A stretch of 64,000 bases of DNA from Octopus sinensis (taxonomy: Eukaryota), in assembly GCF_006345805.1 (NCBI RefSeq), contig NC_043017.1:3968001-4032000 (forward strand), given 5' to 3'. Made by a program: the position numbers and the translations under genes. Shown one piece after another: positions 1 through 13,432 of the stretch (positions are counted from its first letter, which is position 1; each line of letters begins with the position of its first letter). The notes beneath the pieces were generated by a model. The model saw nothing but the letters and a program-made list of their open reading frames with translations. It was not told where the DNA came from and did no database searches.

Positions 1-621
1 GAAATCTTTATTAAAATTACGATTACAAATCGTATCAAATTGAAGCGTTTGTTAATATTTGAATAATTGTTTACCAATGTTGTAAAATATATTGTACTGA
101 AAATTAAATTTACCTTTCTTTCTAAATGTTATTAAATCATATAAAAAGTATTAGAATATTTGAAGTTTCTACAAGCTTACTTTAGAATTAGTATTTTAAC
201 TGAAATTTTTATTATCATTGGGGTGGGGGACACTTTCTGGAATTTGGTGCTAACTGCAGCAAAGCGGATTTTTTCCTGCTGAGACGTTACGTTCTTCATG
301 GGCTTTATTTGATATCAAGGTTATCGATTTCCTGAAAAGTGAAAAAGATTGAGAAACCAATAAATAAACAGGGAGATTCATGACCTATTAAGGAGTTAAA
401 TAGTGTACAAAGGATAGTCACTGTGGCCCATATGACTTGAAGCTGCACACAGTAGGTTCGGTATTTACTCGAAGCCAGACAATTTTGTCACCGCTCTTTG
501 CGCTAACAAGCTAAGATGAAATATTTCATAAGCTATTTTAACTACACATGATTTCTATCACATGAGAATCAGAATACGTTCTATTTATCGGTTATATGAC
601 GTTTCATATAAAACTACTATT

Positions 622-627
622 TTTATT
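622..627 (-). terminator. Candidate poly(A) signal AATAAA of IF-A
   Basis: AATAAA on the minus strand in a 3' UTR segment conserved with IF-B 23705-23710; other AATAAA sites exist. Confidence 0.3.
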
Positions 628-910
628 GCGTGCTGAAACAAAAGCATATCATCACTATGTTTAAATGTACGAAAATCATTGATATTGTAAGATATATAAT
701 CTCTCCCCAAGCCATGTCGACAGAAAGCGTTTATTGGATACGACGCACTAAAGTCATGAAATATTTCCATTAATTGTCAGCATTAAAATTACATTCCAAA
801 TGTTACTTAGAGCAATGAACTGTATCAGCCTTTTTACATACTACTGACTGCCTCTGAGCTTATAAATATTAAGTTTGTTGCGCAAATGCATATCGAACTG
901 ATAATAGCAT

Positions 911-934
911 TTACAGATTTGGTTCTGCCTTCTT
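911..934 (-). CDS. IF-A putative terminal exon (KKAEPNL*)
   Basis: KKAE resembles IF-C EKAV; the acceptor (ttatgaAG) is weak and other AGs lie nearby; downstream sequence aligns with the IF-B 3' UTR. Confidence 0.4.
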   Translation of the reverse strand, partial: KKAEPNL

Positions 935-1204
935 CTTCATAAATAATTTTGTATGTTTTATATAATAAGGCATATCAAGAAAACATGGATATTATTTGTT
1001 TCTTTATTACCCACAAGGGGCTAAACATAGAAGGGACAAACAAGGACAGACAAACGGATTAAGTCGATTTGCCAGCAAGTAAGGTCAAATGACAATGAAA
1101 GTTAACTTTCGAAGTGCATGAAGTTACAAAGAGAAATGTACTGAAGAGCTAAAGTGGGAAAAGTGGAAGAGAGAATGTGTAGTAAACGATGAGTTAGATC
1201 TTAC

Positions 1205-1318
1205 CTTGCCCATCTCATCTTCCAAAATAATTTTCGATGGGATGGCCTTTGCTTTCCATTCAGCGACAGCGGAAGATGTGATTCCATCTTGCTTAGCACC
1301 GTGCTTTGATCCCCAAAT
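1205..1318 (-). CDS. IF-A exon 10 (LTD)
   Basis: catctttAG / GTAAGA; 114 nt; IWGSKHGAKQDGITSSAVAEWKAKAIPSKIILEDEMGK. Confidence 0.85.
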
Positions 1319-2240
1319 CTAAAGATGGATAAAAGAATTGAGTATAGTAACTACATCATTAAATAAGAGTAATATGTGTTGTAACTTAGACACAAGGTCA
1401 GAACAATGAACGAAAGGTTTAGTCGATCAAATCGAGTCCAGTTCCTCACTGGTACTTTATTTTATAGACCTGGAACGGTGGTGGTGAATGTTGCCTGCAA
1501 CTGAATTTAAACAAAGGCAACAAAGAGCTGGAAATAAATGCCAATGCGTATTTTTCGGATACCCTAGCGATTCTGCTATGGTAGAATGTCTGAAACTTAT
1601 TGAGGAGTTTCTCTGCCGATGTACGTGACTGGTACTTTCTATAATTTATCGACCCCAGAAAGTCATGAAATATTCCCATTAATTGTCAGTGTTAAAATCA
1701 CATTCCAAACGTTACGTAGAGCAATGAACAGTATCAGCCTTATGCCATAATACTAACTGCCCCTGAAGAGGTGGAACGCATAATACTAGGCATTGGGTTC
1801 ACCACTCAAACAATTTGAATTTTTATTGTACACATAATGATTAGCAACTGTTTTCTTGTCTGTGGTTACTACAGTGGTCAGAGAGATGGCAGCCATTTCG
1901 AATTAAATGGTAATGCACAAATTGGAGATGGGTTTACTGACACAATTGGAAAGTAAATGAAATTTTTACATTAAACCCCCTCCTACTCTTCATTCTTATC
2001 ATAGGTCACAGGTAATGGGAGAAAAATATTACGGTTGACATATCTGAAACAATATAACTAATATCACATTATATTGTCTTGCGGTATGCTGACTCCCAGC
2101 AGTCGATAGCTACTAGATTCATTTCTCATCACAGGATCACCCTATATTTTATCGACTTAAACTGGTACTTATAATATATAATATTTAGTTAATATACGTT
2201 ATAAGAATAACAAGCATTTAAAAAATTAACACAAACTTAC

Positions 2241-2350
2241 CTTCACAATTTTGCCAGAACCAAACACGTTACCATCAGTAAATTTATGGGTGTGGCTTTT
2301 GCCATTTTCAAAGGTTTGTGTCAGTTTCCAATTGATCATGTTGGAGCACC
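2241..2350 (-). CDS. IF-A exon 9 (LTD), 110 nt, apparent 1-nt deletion
   Basis: NMINWKLTQTFENGKSHTHKFTDGNVFGSGKIVK aligns with IF-B exon 9 (111 nt), but read in phase 0 gives GAPT* (TGA 2338-2336). Confidence 0.75.
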
Positions 2351-2662
2351 CTACGATTAGAAAAAAGATATACATTAAACAAAAGTAAAGGAATATTGAT
2401 ATTGATGACAATGAATTAAGTGGACAGTCAACATACCGTTGAACATTACAGAAGTTAAATATATTTCCATGTTTGCGGGCGTGTGTATATGTGTGTGTGA
2501 GAGAGAGAGGTGGGGAATGAAGATTTCTTGCATCTTCTGTCAGACAGTGGCACCAAACAGTAACGTCCTTCTTACGAGCACATAAGTCACAACAATTATG
2601 CACACAAAGCAACCAAAGAAAAATACAAGTGTCTATTAAACTATTGGCTGTCAAAGTCAATG

Positions 2663-3225
2663 TATTGGGTTGTCCGGAAAGTTCGTGCCGATTTTTAGCA
2701 GCTTACCTTCCGACTTAGTTCAGAACATGGTTGAGTCCATAAAATAGGATTTGACTACACTTCCATTTAGAGCACAGTTTAAGCTATCTTTTCGTGGAAG
2801 AAGGTTTATGTTCCTATAACCTCTGTTAATTATGTAACCCTTTAAAATGGATGATAAGAAAGTTCATTTTCGGTACTTTGGGAACCAGACAAAAATTGCT
2901 GCAGCTCGGCTGGGATGTGTTACCCCACCCTCCATATTCACCAGATATTGCTCCTTCGGATTTCCACTTATTCAGGTCTCTGCAGAATAGTCTTAATGGT
3001 AAAAATTTCAATTCCTTGGATGACGTAAAAAGATACCTTGATGAATTATTTGCCATGAAACCACCTAAATTCTGGGAAGAGGGTATTTTCAAGATAAAGG
3101 AAAGATGGAGACGCATTGTGCAACAAAATGGTTCATATTTGGTTGATTAAAAATGCAATGGCAAGTATTTATTGACCTTTTTCTTTCCTTTAAAAATCGG
3201 CACGAACTTTCCGGACAACCCAATA
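2663..3225 (+). mobile_element. Internally deleted mariner element with perfect 33-bp TIRs and TA TSD
   Basis: TIRs 2665-2697 and 3191-3223 (ttgggttgtccggaaagttcgtgccgattttta), TA on both sides; ORF 2851-3150 has the HPPYSPDIAPSDFHLF mariner motif. Confidence 0.93.
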
Positions 3226-3308
3226 ATTATGAGAAAATGGTATATAAGGGCAGAATTATATCTACCAACATGAAAACTAATAAATCAAGAACAAGCAAGT
3301 ACACTCAC

Positions 3309-3397
3309 GCTCGGAGGCTTAGTAAGGTCTTCAAGTGTAATGTATTTTCCCTTGGTTTCTAAGTCAACAATTTTCACAACGCTTTGGCGTGGCATAG
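3309..3397 (-). CDS. IF-A exon 8 (LTD start)
   Basis: ttttgaacAG / GTGAGT; 89 nt, phase 1->0; MPRQSVVKIVDLETKGKYITLEDLTKPPS. Confidence 0.75.
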
Positions 3398-3775
3398 CTG
3401 TTCAAAAGTATGAATATTTATCAATGTATGTATCTACGTATATATTATATAATATATAGTTCAAATTTATAGAAAACAAAAGACAAAGACAGGTGTGGAA
3501 ATATGAAGCAGGTTTGTTAGTTTGACGCTCGAGTGGACTGTAAATATCCTTGATATTTCGAGACTACTTCTTCGACACAATAGGTCGAGAAGAGAACATA
3601 GACAGAGAAGGAAAAAAGCAGACGGATTAACAGTTCACCATTATGAAATATATTCTGTGTGTGTGTATGTGTGTGTGTGTGTGTGTGTATGTATACACAT
3701 GTATATATATTTCTATATAATTTTTTCCCCTTCTTCAGTCGCCTTTGTTTCATCTACTCCACGTTATGAAACAAA

Positions 3776-4500
<725 letters not shown>

Positions 4501-4580
4501 ATATGTATGTCTATGTGTGTATGTATGTATGTGTGTGTGTGTGTATGTATGTATGTGTGTGTGTATGTATGTATGTATGG

Positions 4581-5400
4581 GCGCGTAAACTAGCGTTGTG
4601 GAGTTGCCAATACTTCGTCGCCAACATTTTCCGCCGTTTTCAACGCACAACATCACGAACACGACGAATAAGCTCCAAATACTATTCATTGTTAATTGTT
4701 TAACTTTGTGGTGTCTATCCATGATGCACAATATCACGGAAGTCAAAGAAACAGGTCGACATTGTCTTCACATTGCTGCGAACATGTCATGCTTGCTCTC
4801 TTTAGGTCTTCGTGATGACAAATGGTCCCATTAGGAGGACTCGATTTTAGTTTCCATGCTGTAACAATAAGCACATGGCTCATCGCAAGTGATGATAGCC
4901 TTCTTGAAATCTGGATCATGGTTTGGACAGTCCAGCATGTTCCGAGCGATTTTCATGCGGAGTTACTACTGCGGCCCGCCCCCAGCACTTTAGCAACAGA
5001 TTTCGCTGACACTTTCTGCGTGCACAAATCTTCCGTTAAAGTGGAATTCTCTGATCCTGTACTTATTCCCACTTCGGGACTAATTTCATGCTTTCGTACA
5101 TGACGGTCTTTCATAACCATTAGCCGAACCTTTTCAATCGGCCTTTCGTTTCGGCTTGTAGATGTCCTGCCTGAGCAAGCCTCGCCCTCCATTCACGTGT
5201 GGCCATGTTTGAAACGGTTGCACCGCGCCTTGACCTGAATTTTGGCCATGGCATCATCACCAAAGCCTATTGAATCTTCTGGCTGATTTAATATTGATTA
5301 TAACCAAGATTTTGGCAAAGCTTTATGCAGTATCACAGATCGACGCGTTCGGTCATCATGCGTGAAAGCGAAGATCGGACGAGCTCGAGCTACACGTCCG
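4581..5400 (-). mobile_element. Degraded mariner transposase relic
   Basis: Translates with stops: GRTSTSRN...GISTGS...KVSAK and RSNVKTMSTCFFDFRDIVHH...YLELIRRVRDVVR*KR; boundaries approximate. Confidence 0.8.
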
Positions 5401-5777
5401 TAGTCTAAGCATAACAACCAGGAACTGACGCAGCCTACCGGTGCGAACATTTTCACGCATGCACAGAAAGGGTGGCTTCATATTCTATCCAAAGGATTTT
5501 GCCCACGCGGCATTAGTTTTGGCGGAAAAAGAATAAAGTCGAATATCTTTTGAGCGCACCGCGTACGTATGCATATATACATGTATATATGTATGTATGT
5601 ATGCATGCATGCATGTATGTATGTATGTATGTGTGTGTATGTATATATGTATGTGTGTACTATGTATGTGTGTATGTGTCGATATGTAGGTAAGTATGTA
5701 GCTATTTATCTTACTTCGTAGATCTTAAATGTCTGAGTGTTTAGGTATGTATATATATATGTATGTATATATGTATG

Positions 5778-5811
<34 letters not shown>

Positions 5812-5895
5812 TGTATGTATGTATGTATGTATGTATGTATGTGTGCGGATTGCATTTTTATGAAGCAAATGATGAATAAGACAAATGCAACTTAC

Positions 5896-5984
5896 TTGCT
5901 GCTGATGCTAGTGCGTTAGCGAGTGCCTTCTCACTCTCTGTTTGATATCCACCCATAGAAGCTGCAATTGATTTCATGTCCATC
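5896..5984 (-). CDS. IF-A exon 7 (proximal tail)
   Basis: ttttacAG / GTAAGT; 89 nt, phase 2->1; MDMKSIAASMGGYQTESEKALANALASAA, homologous to IF-B and IF-C exon 7. Confidence 0.8.
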
Positions 5985-6464
5985 CTGTAAAATTAAAACA
6001 TATTAATGTAATTACAGTAAATATTGCTGGTCAATATGTAAATATAGTGAAAGGTGATCTCCAATAGGTAGAAGATCGTTTGATATTCGTTATTGTCGTA
6101 AATGGATGTTGTTTTGATGATGTTCAAACTCAATTTAGCCTAGACAGCTAAAGTCTGTGATGACGGGGCTGATCTCGGCATTCTATGTGTCGGTTCACAT
6201 CGTTGTATTTGCGTTTGTTGCGTTATGATGCAGCGGCTGACCGGATTTATGCCTGGCTGCTTTTTCTAGCACACCTAGTTGACAGTGGTTTCTCTCACTA
6301 GTTGCTTGTGGTATGCAAAATTGAAAATATTACTGTTTTATAAAAGTAACAGTTTCAGTCAATTTTCCATTTTTTTATGGTTATGTGTGCTGTTATGTGT
6401 GCGTGTGTGTGCGAGTGCTTATTTTCATGTACGTATTTTCCATGCTCATATTGGTTATTGTGGA

Positions 6465-6770
6465 GACACATGGCCTAGTGGTTAGATCAGCGAACTCGCG
6501 GTCGCGGAATCGTGGGTTCGAATCTCAGACCGGGTGGTGTGTATGTTTATGAGCGAAACACCCAAGCTCCACGCGGCTCCGGCAGAAGGTAATGGCGAAC
6601 TTCTGATGACTCTCTCGCCACAACTTTCTCTCACACTTTCCTCCTGCATCTTGCAGCTCACCTGCGACGGACCGGCGTCCCGTCCAGGTGGGGAACCTAT
6701 ACGCCAAGGAAACCGGGAAACCGGCCTTTATGAGCCAGGTGTGGCTCGAGAAGGAACAAACAACATATTG
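6465..6770 (+). mobile_element. SINE2 (tRNA-derived), diverged copy
   Basis: A/B-box-like head tggcctagtggtta...gggttcgaatc; body shared with 33674, 44505, 46012. Confidence 0.7.
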
Positions 6771-7419
6771 GTTATTAGCGGTATTGTAGTATGATTGGTA
6801 GTGTTGCGCCTTTTCTTGATGATTTTTAAAGTTGCATCTCTACGAATGTTTAAAGTGTATGAGAGTGATTTCCATTTGTTCGTTATGTGTAAGTGTATTG
6901 TGGTGGCAATGAAGAAATGGTCAGGAAAATGATGGTCTTTTTTGCTATGCAGTTGTGACATCCCGGGTGTGAAGCAGAAGATGAAGTTTGGAGCGGTATT
7001 ATTGTAGATTTTGCTTCGTTATATATTTGATGGTGCCACGCCAAGCAAAGGTATTTGAGGCATCTAGTTTTGGTTTTAGGAATACATGATCGAATTTTTC
7101 GTGGGACTTACGTAGAACAACGAGAACCAAAACAATATCGTGTATAATTCAATTTTCAATATAAATTATCTGATCGCTGTTGCTTTTCGTCATTAGAGAA
7201 TATCTGAAGCCGAGTTAAAGTTAAACTAGTGCCAGTGTTCTACAACTCTTCACTCGTTGAGATCAAATCCCGTCGAGGTCAGTTTAGTTTCAGGAACAAT
7301 AAATAAAACACCATCTTAGCCCAGCATTAGTGTGAATCCCTATTTTTCTGCCTGCCTGGTCCCCCTCTTGCATTCTTCCTACCTCTTACTTTCTTTCTCT
7401 CCCTCTCACCCTCTCTCTT

Positions 7420-7471
<52 letters not shown>

Positions 7472-7656
7472 GCGTTCCTCCCCTCTTTTTTCCTTCTCTG
7501 TCATCTGTGCTCAGAGCCAGAGGATGAAATCTACCACGTTTCTTATGCTATTTGTCGCAAAAGTGTTTCTGCAACACCATGGACAGGTGAGATCCCGGGG
7601 AAGAACGGAAAAACTTTTAGAATGTCATTATTTAAAATGACATATTTATTATTTAC

Positions 7657-7835
7657 TTTTTCTCTCCTACATCAAGGAGTTTGCGATAGTGTGCAATCTG
7701 AAGTTTCATGGAGAGAATATCATCTGTCACGACTTTTAATTTACGATACTGAATTTCAGTCTCGCGCTCGTAGGTCACCTTCTCATGTTCACTCTTTTGT
7801 ATGGCTTGATCTCGTTGATATTCTAGTGTCCTTAT
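7657..7835 (-). CDS. IF-A exon 6 (coil 2 end, divergent helix termination motif)
   Basis: tctctttatAG / GTAAAT; 179 nt, phase 0->2; ...DDILSMKLQIAHYRKLLDVGEK. Confidence 0.85.
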
Positions 7836-8059
7836 CTATAAAGAGAAGATGAATAATGCAAATATTATTACCAAAGAATTATTGAGGCATGATCGTGAGT
7901 AGTATATTCAGAGGGTATTCGGACTAAATTTGACAATTTTTTTATGTCTCTTTTACAGAAGAAGATTCATGAATTGGCGTTTGAAGTTGGAGGCTAGTTA
8001 GCTGATATGGGGGACTAGAAACCAATCAAATATTTGAATACCAGTCCACATTTTTTAAC

Positions 8060-8400
8060 TGGGCCTGAGGCTCAAATCAAAAATCTATGCGAAACTGCTT
8101 GAAACTGTGGTCAATACCTGGCGGATGAGGGTTACTGCTGAAAGGTCATATGTGTGCAGTAGCTGGATTCGGCTACTTGACATGCCTCCGGAAAGGACCA
8201 GATGTAGTTGTCCAAGAATTCCTACAGATTCCCCAACCCTAATTTCTAGCCTTTCTAATACCCCCATTACAATCCCATAGATTGTGTGGGTCGCGCGCTC
8301 TACCTGCAACGCTAAAGCCGAACTGGTGGCTAAATCAAGGCATTTGAAGATCTTCCCGGGGATACAGTGAAGAAGGCATGCGCAAGGGTCTGGAGCCGTC
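8060..8400 (-). mobile_element. Possible degraded LINE reverse-transcriptase fragment (L1/Tx1-like)
   Basis: GC-richer block; fragments GQLHLV and GIDHSF loosely resemble DNLHL and DRVDH. Confidence 0.25.
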
Positions 8401-8443
8401 TTGGGGGTGGCTACTTTACGTATTATTATTAATTAAAAAGGCG

Positions 8444-8990
8444 GCGAACTGGCAGAATTGTTAGCATGTTGGACGAAATGCTTAGTGGTATTTCGCCCGT
8501 CGCTACGTTCCGAGTTCGAATTCCGCTGGGGTCGATTTTTCCTTTCATCCTTTCGGGGTCGAAAAATTAAGTACCTGTTGCACACTGGGGTCGATGTATC
8601 CCCAAGAGCCAATAACTTGTGACTGTCGAAACCCAGCAGATTGCCCACTTGACCAGGCGTACATTATATACTCCATTGTATATGAGGCAAAAATAACAGC
8701 AACGTTACATGATGACCTAACCGGAAAAAAGTTACTTTTTTTAAGCATGGTACTTGTACTATCCGAAGCGATAAGTTACAGGGACGTAAACACACCAACA
8801 CTGATTGTCAAATGGTGGCGGGGTACAAACAAAAACAAAAGGACACGCATATACGCAACTCATTCCTACAGCTGGAGCAACGAGAAATAAATTGTCTGGC
8901 TCAAGAATACAACACACAGCCAGGTCCAGGAATCGAACTCAGTACCTCGTAATTGTGAGCCTAATGCGCCAACCACTAAGCCATGCGCCA
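8444..8990. mobile_element. SINE1 copy (+, ~8444-8605) and an opposite-orientation SINE3-related fragment (~8740-8990)
   Basis: ggcggcgaactggcagaa...gagttcgaattccgc; gtaaacacaccaacac block. Confidence 0.65.
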
Positions 8991-9027
8991 TATGTATGTG
9001 TGTGAGGAAGTGTGTGTGTGTGAGTGC

Positions 9028-9078
<51 letters not shown>

Positions 9079-9477
9079 AACGACAGGCTTCCTCCAGCTG
9101 GATATATAATGAATGATTTTTTTTACGTATACAGGAGAGTTAAAGTAGCATTGATGCGAAAACCATGATATTTTGTTGATCTGAAGAGCTAGCCTTCTAT
9201 ATCTGTATTGATTTGTAAATGCACAACTGTACTGTACAATGAGTAGCATGAACTGAAGTGCAGGCATGTAAAATATTTATTATACACTGAAATTATTATT
9301 TCATGATGAAGGCTGCGAAACGGCCGTTATCCTACGGTCATCAAGTGGTTAAGTACATATATTTTCCTTTCATACCTCCTAACCTTTTATTACATACATT
9401 CTGTTATGTATGTGAATAGATAGATTTATTTATCTATTTATCTATTTATTGAGTGATAGATTGATTATTTGACTTAA

Positions 9478-9895
9478 GTAGGCGCAGAAGTGGCTGTGTG
9501 ATAAGTAGCTCGCTTACCAGCCACATGGCTCCGAGTTCAGTTCCACTGCGTGGCACCTTGGGCATATATTTTCTGCTATAGCCTCTGGCCGACCAAAGCC
9601 TTGTGAGTGGATTGGATTTGGTAGACGGAAATTGAAAGAATCCAGTCGTATATGTATATATATATATGTATATATGCATTGTGTGTTTGTGTGTCTGTGT
9701 TTGTCCCCCACTATCGCCAGACAATCGATGCTGGTGTGTTTACGTCCCCGTAACTTAGCGGTTCGGCAAAAGAGACCGATAGAATAAGTACTAGTCTTAC
9801 AAAGAATAAGTCCTGGGGTTGATTTGCTCGACTAAAGGTGGTGCTCCAGCATGGCCACAGTCAAAATGACTGAAACAAATAAAAGAATAAAAGAA
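9478..9895 (+). mobile_element. SINE3 (tRNA-derived, CORE-like ccttgggca segment), full length
   Basis: aggcgcagaagtggctgtgtg...gactgaaacaaataaaaga; copies at 14215, 22095, 26030, 40995, 45345, 47630, 62795. Confidence 0.8.
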
Positions 9896-9918
9896 TAAGA
9901 GAATGTAATGTTCCTTAC

Positions 9919-10005
9919 CTGAATTTCATATTCACTCAGTTTAACCAAGATCTCCTTGTTTCTTTCCTTACCGTCCAGAAAATCTCTGCTCTTCAGCCGC
10001 TTTAT
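9919..10005 (-). CDS. IF-A exon 5 (coil 2)
   Basis: ctccatAG / GTAAGG; 87 nt; IKRLKSRDFLDGKERNKEILVKLSEYEIQ; flanks match IF-B exon 5. Confidence 0.75.
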
Positions 10006-10588
10006 CTATGGAGGTGATAAAATTATAACTATCATATTTTATTTATTTTTAATACTGCCGTCACTGAATGGACATTACACAGATAAGGTACAAATGGTCG
10101 GGTTGTTTTGTTCAAAATTACTTATGACAAAAACAGGCATGAGAAGTAAAACTTACACAATTACTCGACTCCCTTCCCCACTCCATATAATTTGAAAGAA
10201 GATGAGAGCTTGCCTGAAAATAAGAATATCTGTTCTTAGTCCATTCAAATTTGTCCGCTATACATGCAACTTCTTTCCCCATAGCAATCGGAGTAAAACT
10301 GCTTGTCCATCTTAGCGGAAAAGAAGGCTACAGTGTGATCTACTCGAGAGACACCACTACAACTATAAAACATAACTCTATCTAGAACTTAGCGATGCCT
10401 GGACACTGAACGTGTGTTATGCAAGACTCTTTCATCGTTCTACAAGCAAGTTGGATGTATCCTGATGATGATATAACACGTCTGTAGAGTTTCTTCGGAG
10501 CTTGCAATCAAGACCGAAGATGTTTGAAATGTCTTCATAATAAAAGATAAGCTAATCAGTTGGTCTTTAATAGTCGCACCTATCAAAC

Positions 10589-10727
10589 AAGAAGAAGAAG
10601 AAGAAGAAGAAGAAGAAGAAGAAGAAGAAGAAGAAGAAGAAGAAGAAGAAGAAGAAGAAGGAGAAGAAGAAGAAGAAGAAGAAGAAGAAGAAGAAGAAGA
10701 AGAAGAAGAAGAAGAAGAAGAAGAAGA
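10589..10727 (+). repeat. (GAA)n microsatellite, ~46 units
   Basis: Direct reading; produces the spurious poly-R and poly-F ORFs. Confidence 0.97.
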
Positions 10728-10960
10728 TTGTCTTCTCTTTGTATAAAAGATGAGCTACAGCGAATATTCTTCTCAGTACCACAGACTTGCTTGTCAGATG
10801 TTTGACTTTAACCAGTAGTAGTTGGGGAGCATCATAGCCATGTGTTGAGAGGAAATCTTTTGGATTCGGATAATTCATCTCTGGAAATATGGGTGTTTCG
10901 TTCAACATCTTTAAAGAACTCTTATTCAGGAAGCTTTTTAGCATGATAGGCTACTCGACG
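10728..10960. repeat. Unclassified interspersed repeat; second copy at ~11860-12125
   Basis: agttggggagcatcatagccat(g/a)tgttgagagg shared; each copy abuts a trinucleotide run (GAA, GAT). Confidence 0.6.
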
Positions 10961-11149
10961 TGATGGAAGTTTTAAGTAGGCCCCCACCCCGCCTGCAAGT
11001 TCATGCGCTGTTTATCTTGATATAAGATCACCATGTCGCACACATATGGTTGTGATGCATGTGTCTGGTGTACTCTTATCAGACGAGTAGTCATGATGGG
11101 TATACTGGTCTCCGTATATTCTACTCCAGTGTCACTTTGGTGGCATACT

Positions 11150-11508
11150 CTACTCTTTCACTAGACATAGCATGCCCAGCTGACAAGGTATGCAATAAGG
11201 AAGAAAGAAAAGTAGAGAGATATGATAGGTTAGCTTGGGAAGTTAAGCAGTTGTGGTCGATAAAAAAGGTAGTAGTAGTATCAATAATTATCGGAGGTCT
11301 GGGAACAGTGAGCAAAAATCTCGAGAAGTACGTTGAACAAATAGGGGCTGCAATAAGAGTGGAGCACTTGCAGAAAACAGCACTGCTTGGAACCGCCCGA
11401 ATACTCTGGAAGGTGCTCGAAAAATAAGAGGTGTTACCTTAGTTCACTGGTAGTGAACAACTGACACTGCAGTGCATCTCCAGCATTAGAAGCTGTGAAA
11501 AGGCAACG

Positions 11509-11590
<82 letters not shown>
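11150..11590 (+). mobile_element. 5'-truncated R4/Dong-like non-LTR element (restriction-like endonuclease end) ending in (TAA)n
   Basis: LDIACPAD...ERKVERYDRLAWEVKQLW...IIIGGLGTV...LQKTALLGTARIL. Confidence 0.82.
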
Positions 11591-11594
<4 letters not shown>

Positions 11595-12750
11595 CTTTTC
11601 TACTATAGGCACAACACCTCAAATTTGAGAGAAGTGATTGAGTTGAGGACATCGACTCCAGTGCGTAACTGGTACTTATGTAATCCACCCGGAAAGGATG
11701 AAAAGAAAAGTCGAACTCGGTTAATTTGAACTCAGAACGTAGCAACGTGCAAAATACTGCTAGGCATTTCGTCCTGCGTGCTAACGACTCTGCCAACTCA
11801 CCGCCTTAATGATGATGATGATGATCATGAGGATAATGATGATGAGGATGATGATGATGATAGATGTCCTGATGCAGTACCAGACTGTGGCTCTCATGGC
11901 TTCTGATCTTGGAGGTGTTATCTTGTACATTGTTTTGTCTTGGTATAAAGATGCGCTACAGCAAATATTCTTCTCAATACCACAGATATGCTTGTTAGTT
12001 GTTTGACCATTTGAGCATGTCCCTTATTGGCTGATGATACGTGCATATCTGATCACGAGCAGAAGTTGGGGAGCATCATAGCCATATGTTGAGAGGGATT
12101 CTTTGAGGTTTGCATAATTCACCTCTGTTAGACCTTTGTTATGCCAAACTCACGGTGCAGAATGTTCTTAAATCTCTCACAGGATATGCTAATAGCATTG
12201 GCTATTTGATTTATAGCTAATTTCCTATCATCCATCAGCTTGTGGTGAACACGGTCAATGTTTTTACCGGTGGTGGCAGTTGCAGGAAGTCCACACTCTC
12301 CCATCCCATCTTTTGCACTGTTGATAAAGCTGGGGCCTCATCCCCTAATGTAGCAACCATTCCCACATACATGGAAGCTGAAATTAATGCATACAAGATT
12401 TTTAAGACTCTAGCATCCTCTTCATAATCAGCGTATTTTGCATATCGATCAATATAAATTTGGTATCGGAAATAGCAATGTATATATGACTTTTCAGCAA
12501 CATGGCTCATTCTATCTGAAATAAGTTGAAATGTGTCTACGTTCTTCCCGTAACTATCATACACGACTATAGTATGGTAAGTAAGGTTCTTTAAATCTTT
12601 CAATTGAAAGGCATTTTCTGTGGGATTATATAAGATTAACGGATTTCAAAATGACAACATACCAGGAGAACAAACACAATATATAAGGTTAATTTTCCAA
12701 CAGTTTTAAAGCATATGAATATATTTGTTCTTTTCTATGTATTTCTTTAC

Positions 12751-12897
12751 CTCTTTTTCATGTGTACTTTTCAAGTCAGCAATGATATCCTCATATTCGG
12801 CGCGTAAATCTTCAATTGCTTTTTCGTAATCCTCCGAACGATATTCGAAGGATATTTTCTGTAAATCTGACATCACTATCTTCAATGCATTGTCACC
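12751..12897 (-). CDS. IF-A exon 4 (linker 12 / coil 2 start)
   Basis: tatttgcAG / GTAAAG; 147 nt; GDNALKIV...YEKAIEDLRAEYEDIIADLKSTHEKE. Confidence 0.8.
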
Positions 12898-13336
12898 CTG
12901 CAAATAGTAAGTTAAACAAAACTAAATAAAATGGACGTTAGAAAGCTACTATAGGTTTCAAATTTTGGCACAAGGCCAGGAATTTCGGGAAAGTGGGCGT
13001 AAGTCGATTACAACGACCTTAGTGCTCAGCTGGTGCTTTTTTAGAGACCACAAACGGATGAAAGGCAAATCGACTTCGGCGGAATTTGATCAAAGACTTA
13101 GATGACAACAGATTTACTATCAGGATCCGAGCCACTGACACTGTGGTTTGTAGTCTACCAACTCAGTCAGATAATTGCAATTGATCACTTGAAAAGAAGT
13201 GATTCTCTAATAATGATTGCGAAAGTGAAGCCATCTGATTCAAGGAAGCCTTAAACAAGAAAATAACCAAAACCGTTATGGCAATTTTCCTGCAAAGGAA
13301 ATAACAGGAAATGGAAAAAAATAAAAGCAACATTAC

Positions 13337-13432
13337 GGCCTTATGGAAATCCTTTTTCATATCAAGTTCGTCTTTCAGCTCCTCGACCTGGTTAGTTAAC
13401 TCGACATTTCGAGTATTTTTTTCCTTTAGTTT
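13337..13432 (-). CDS. IF-A exon 3 (coil 1B end)
   Basis: 96 nt, same length as IF-B exon 3; KLKEKNTRNVELTNQVEELKDELDMKKDFHKA; AG / GTAATG. Confidence 0.85.
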
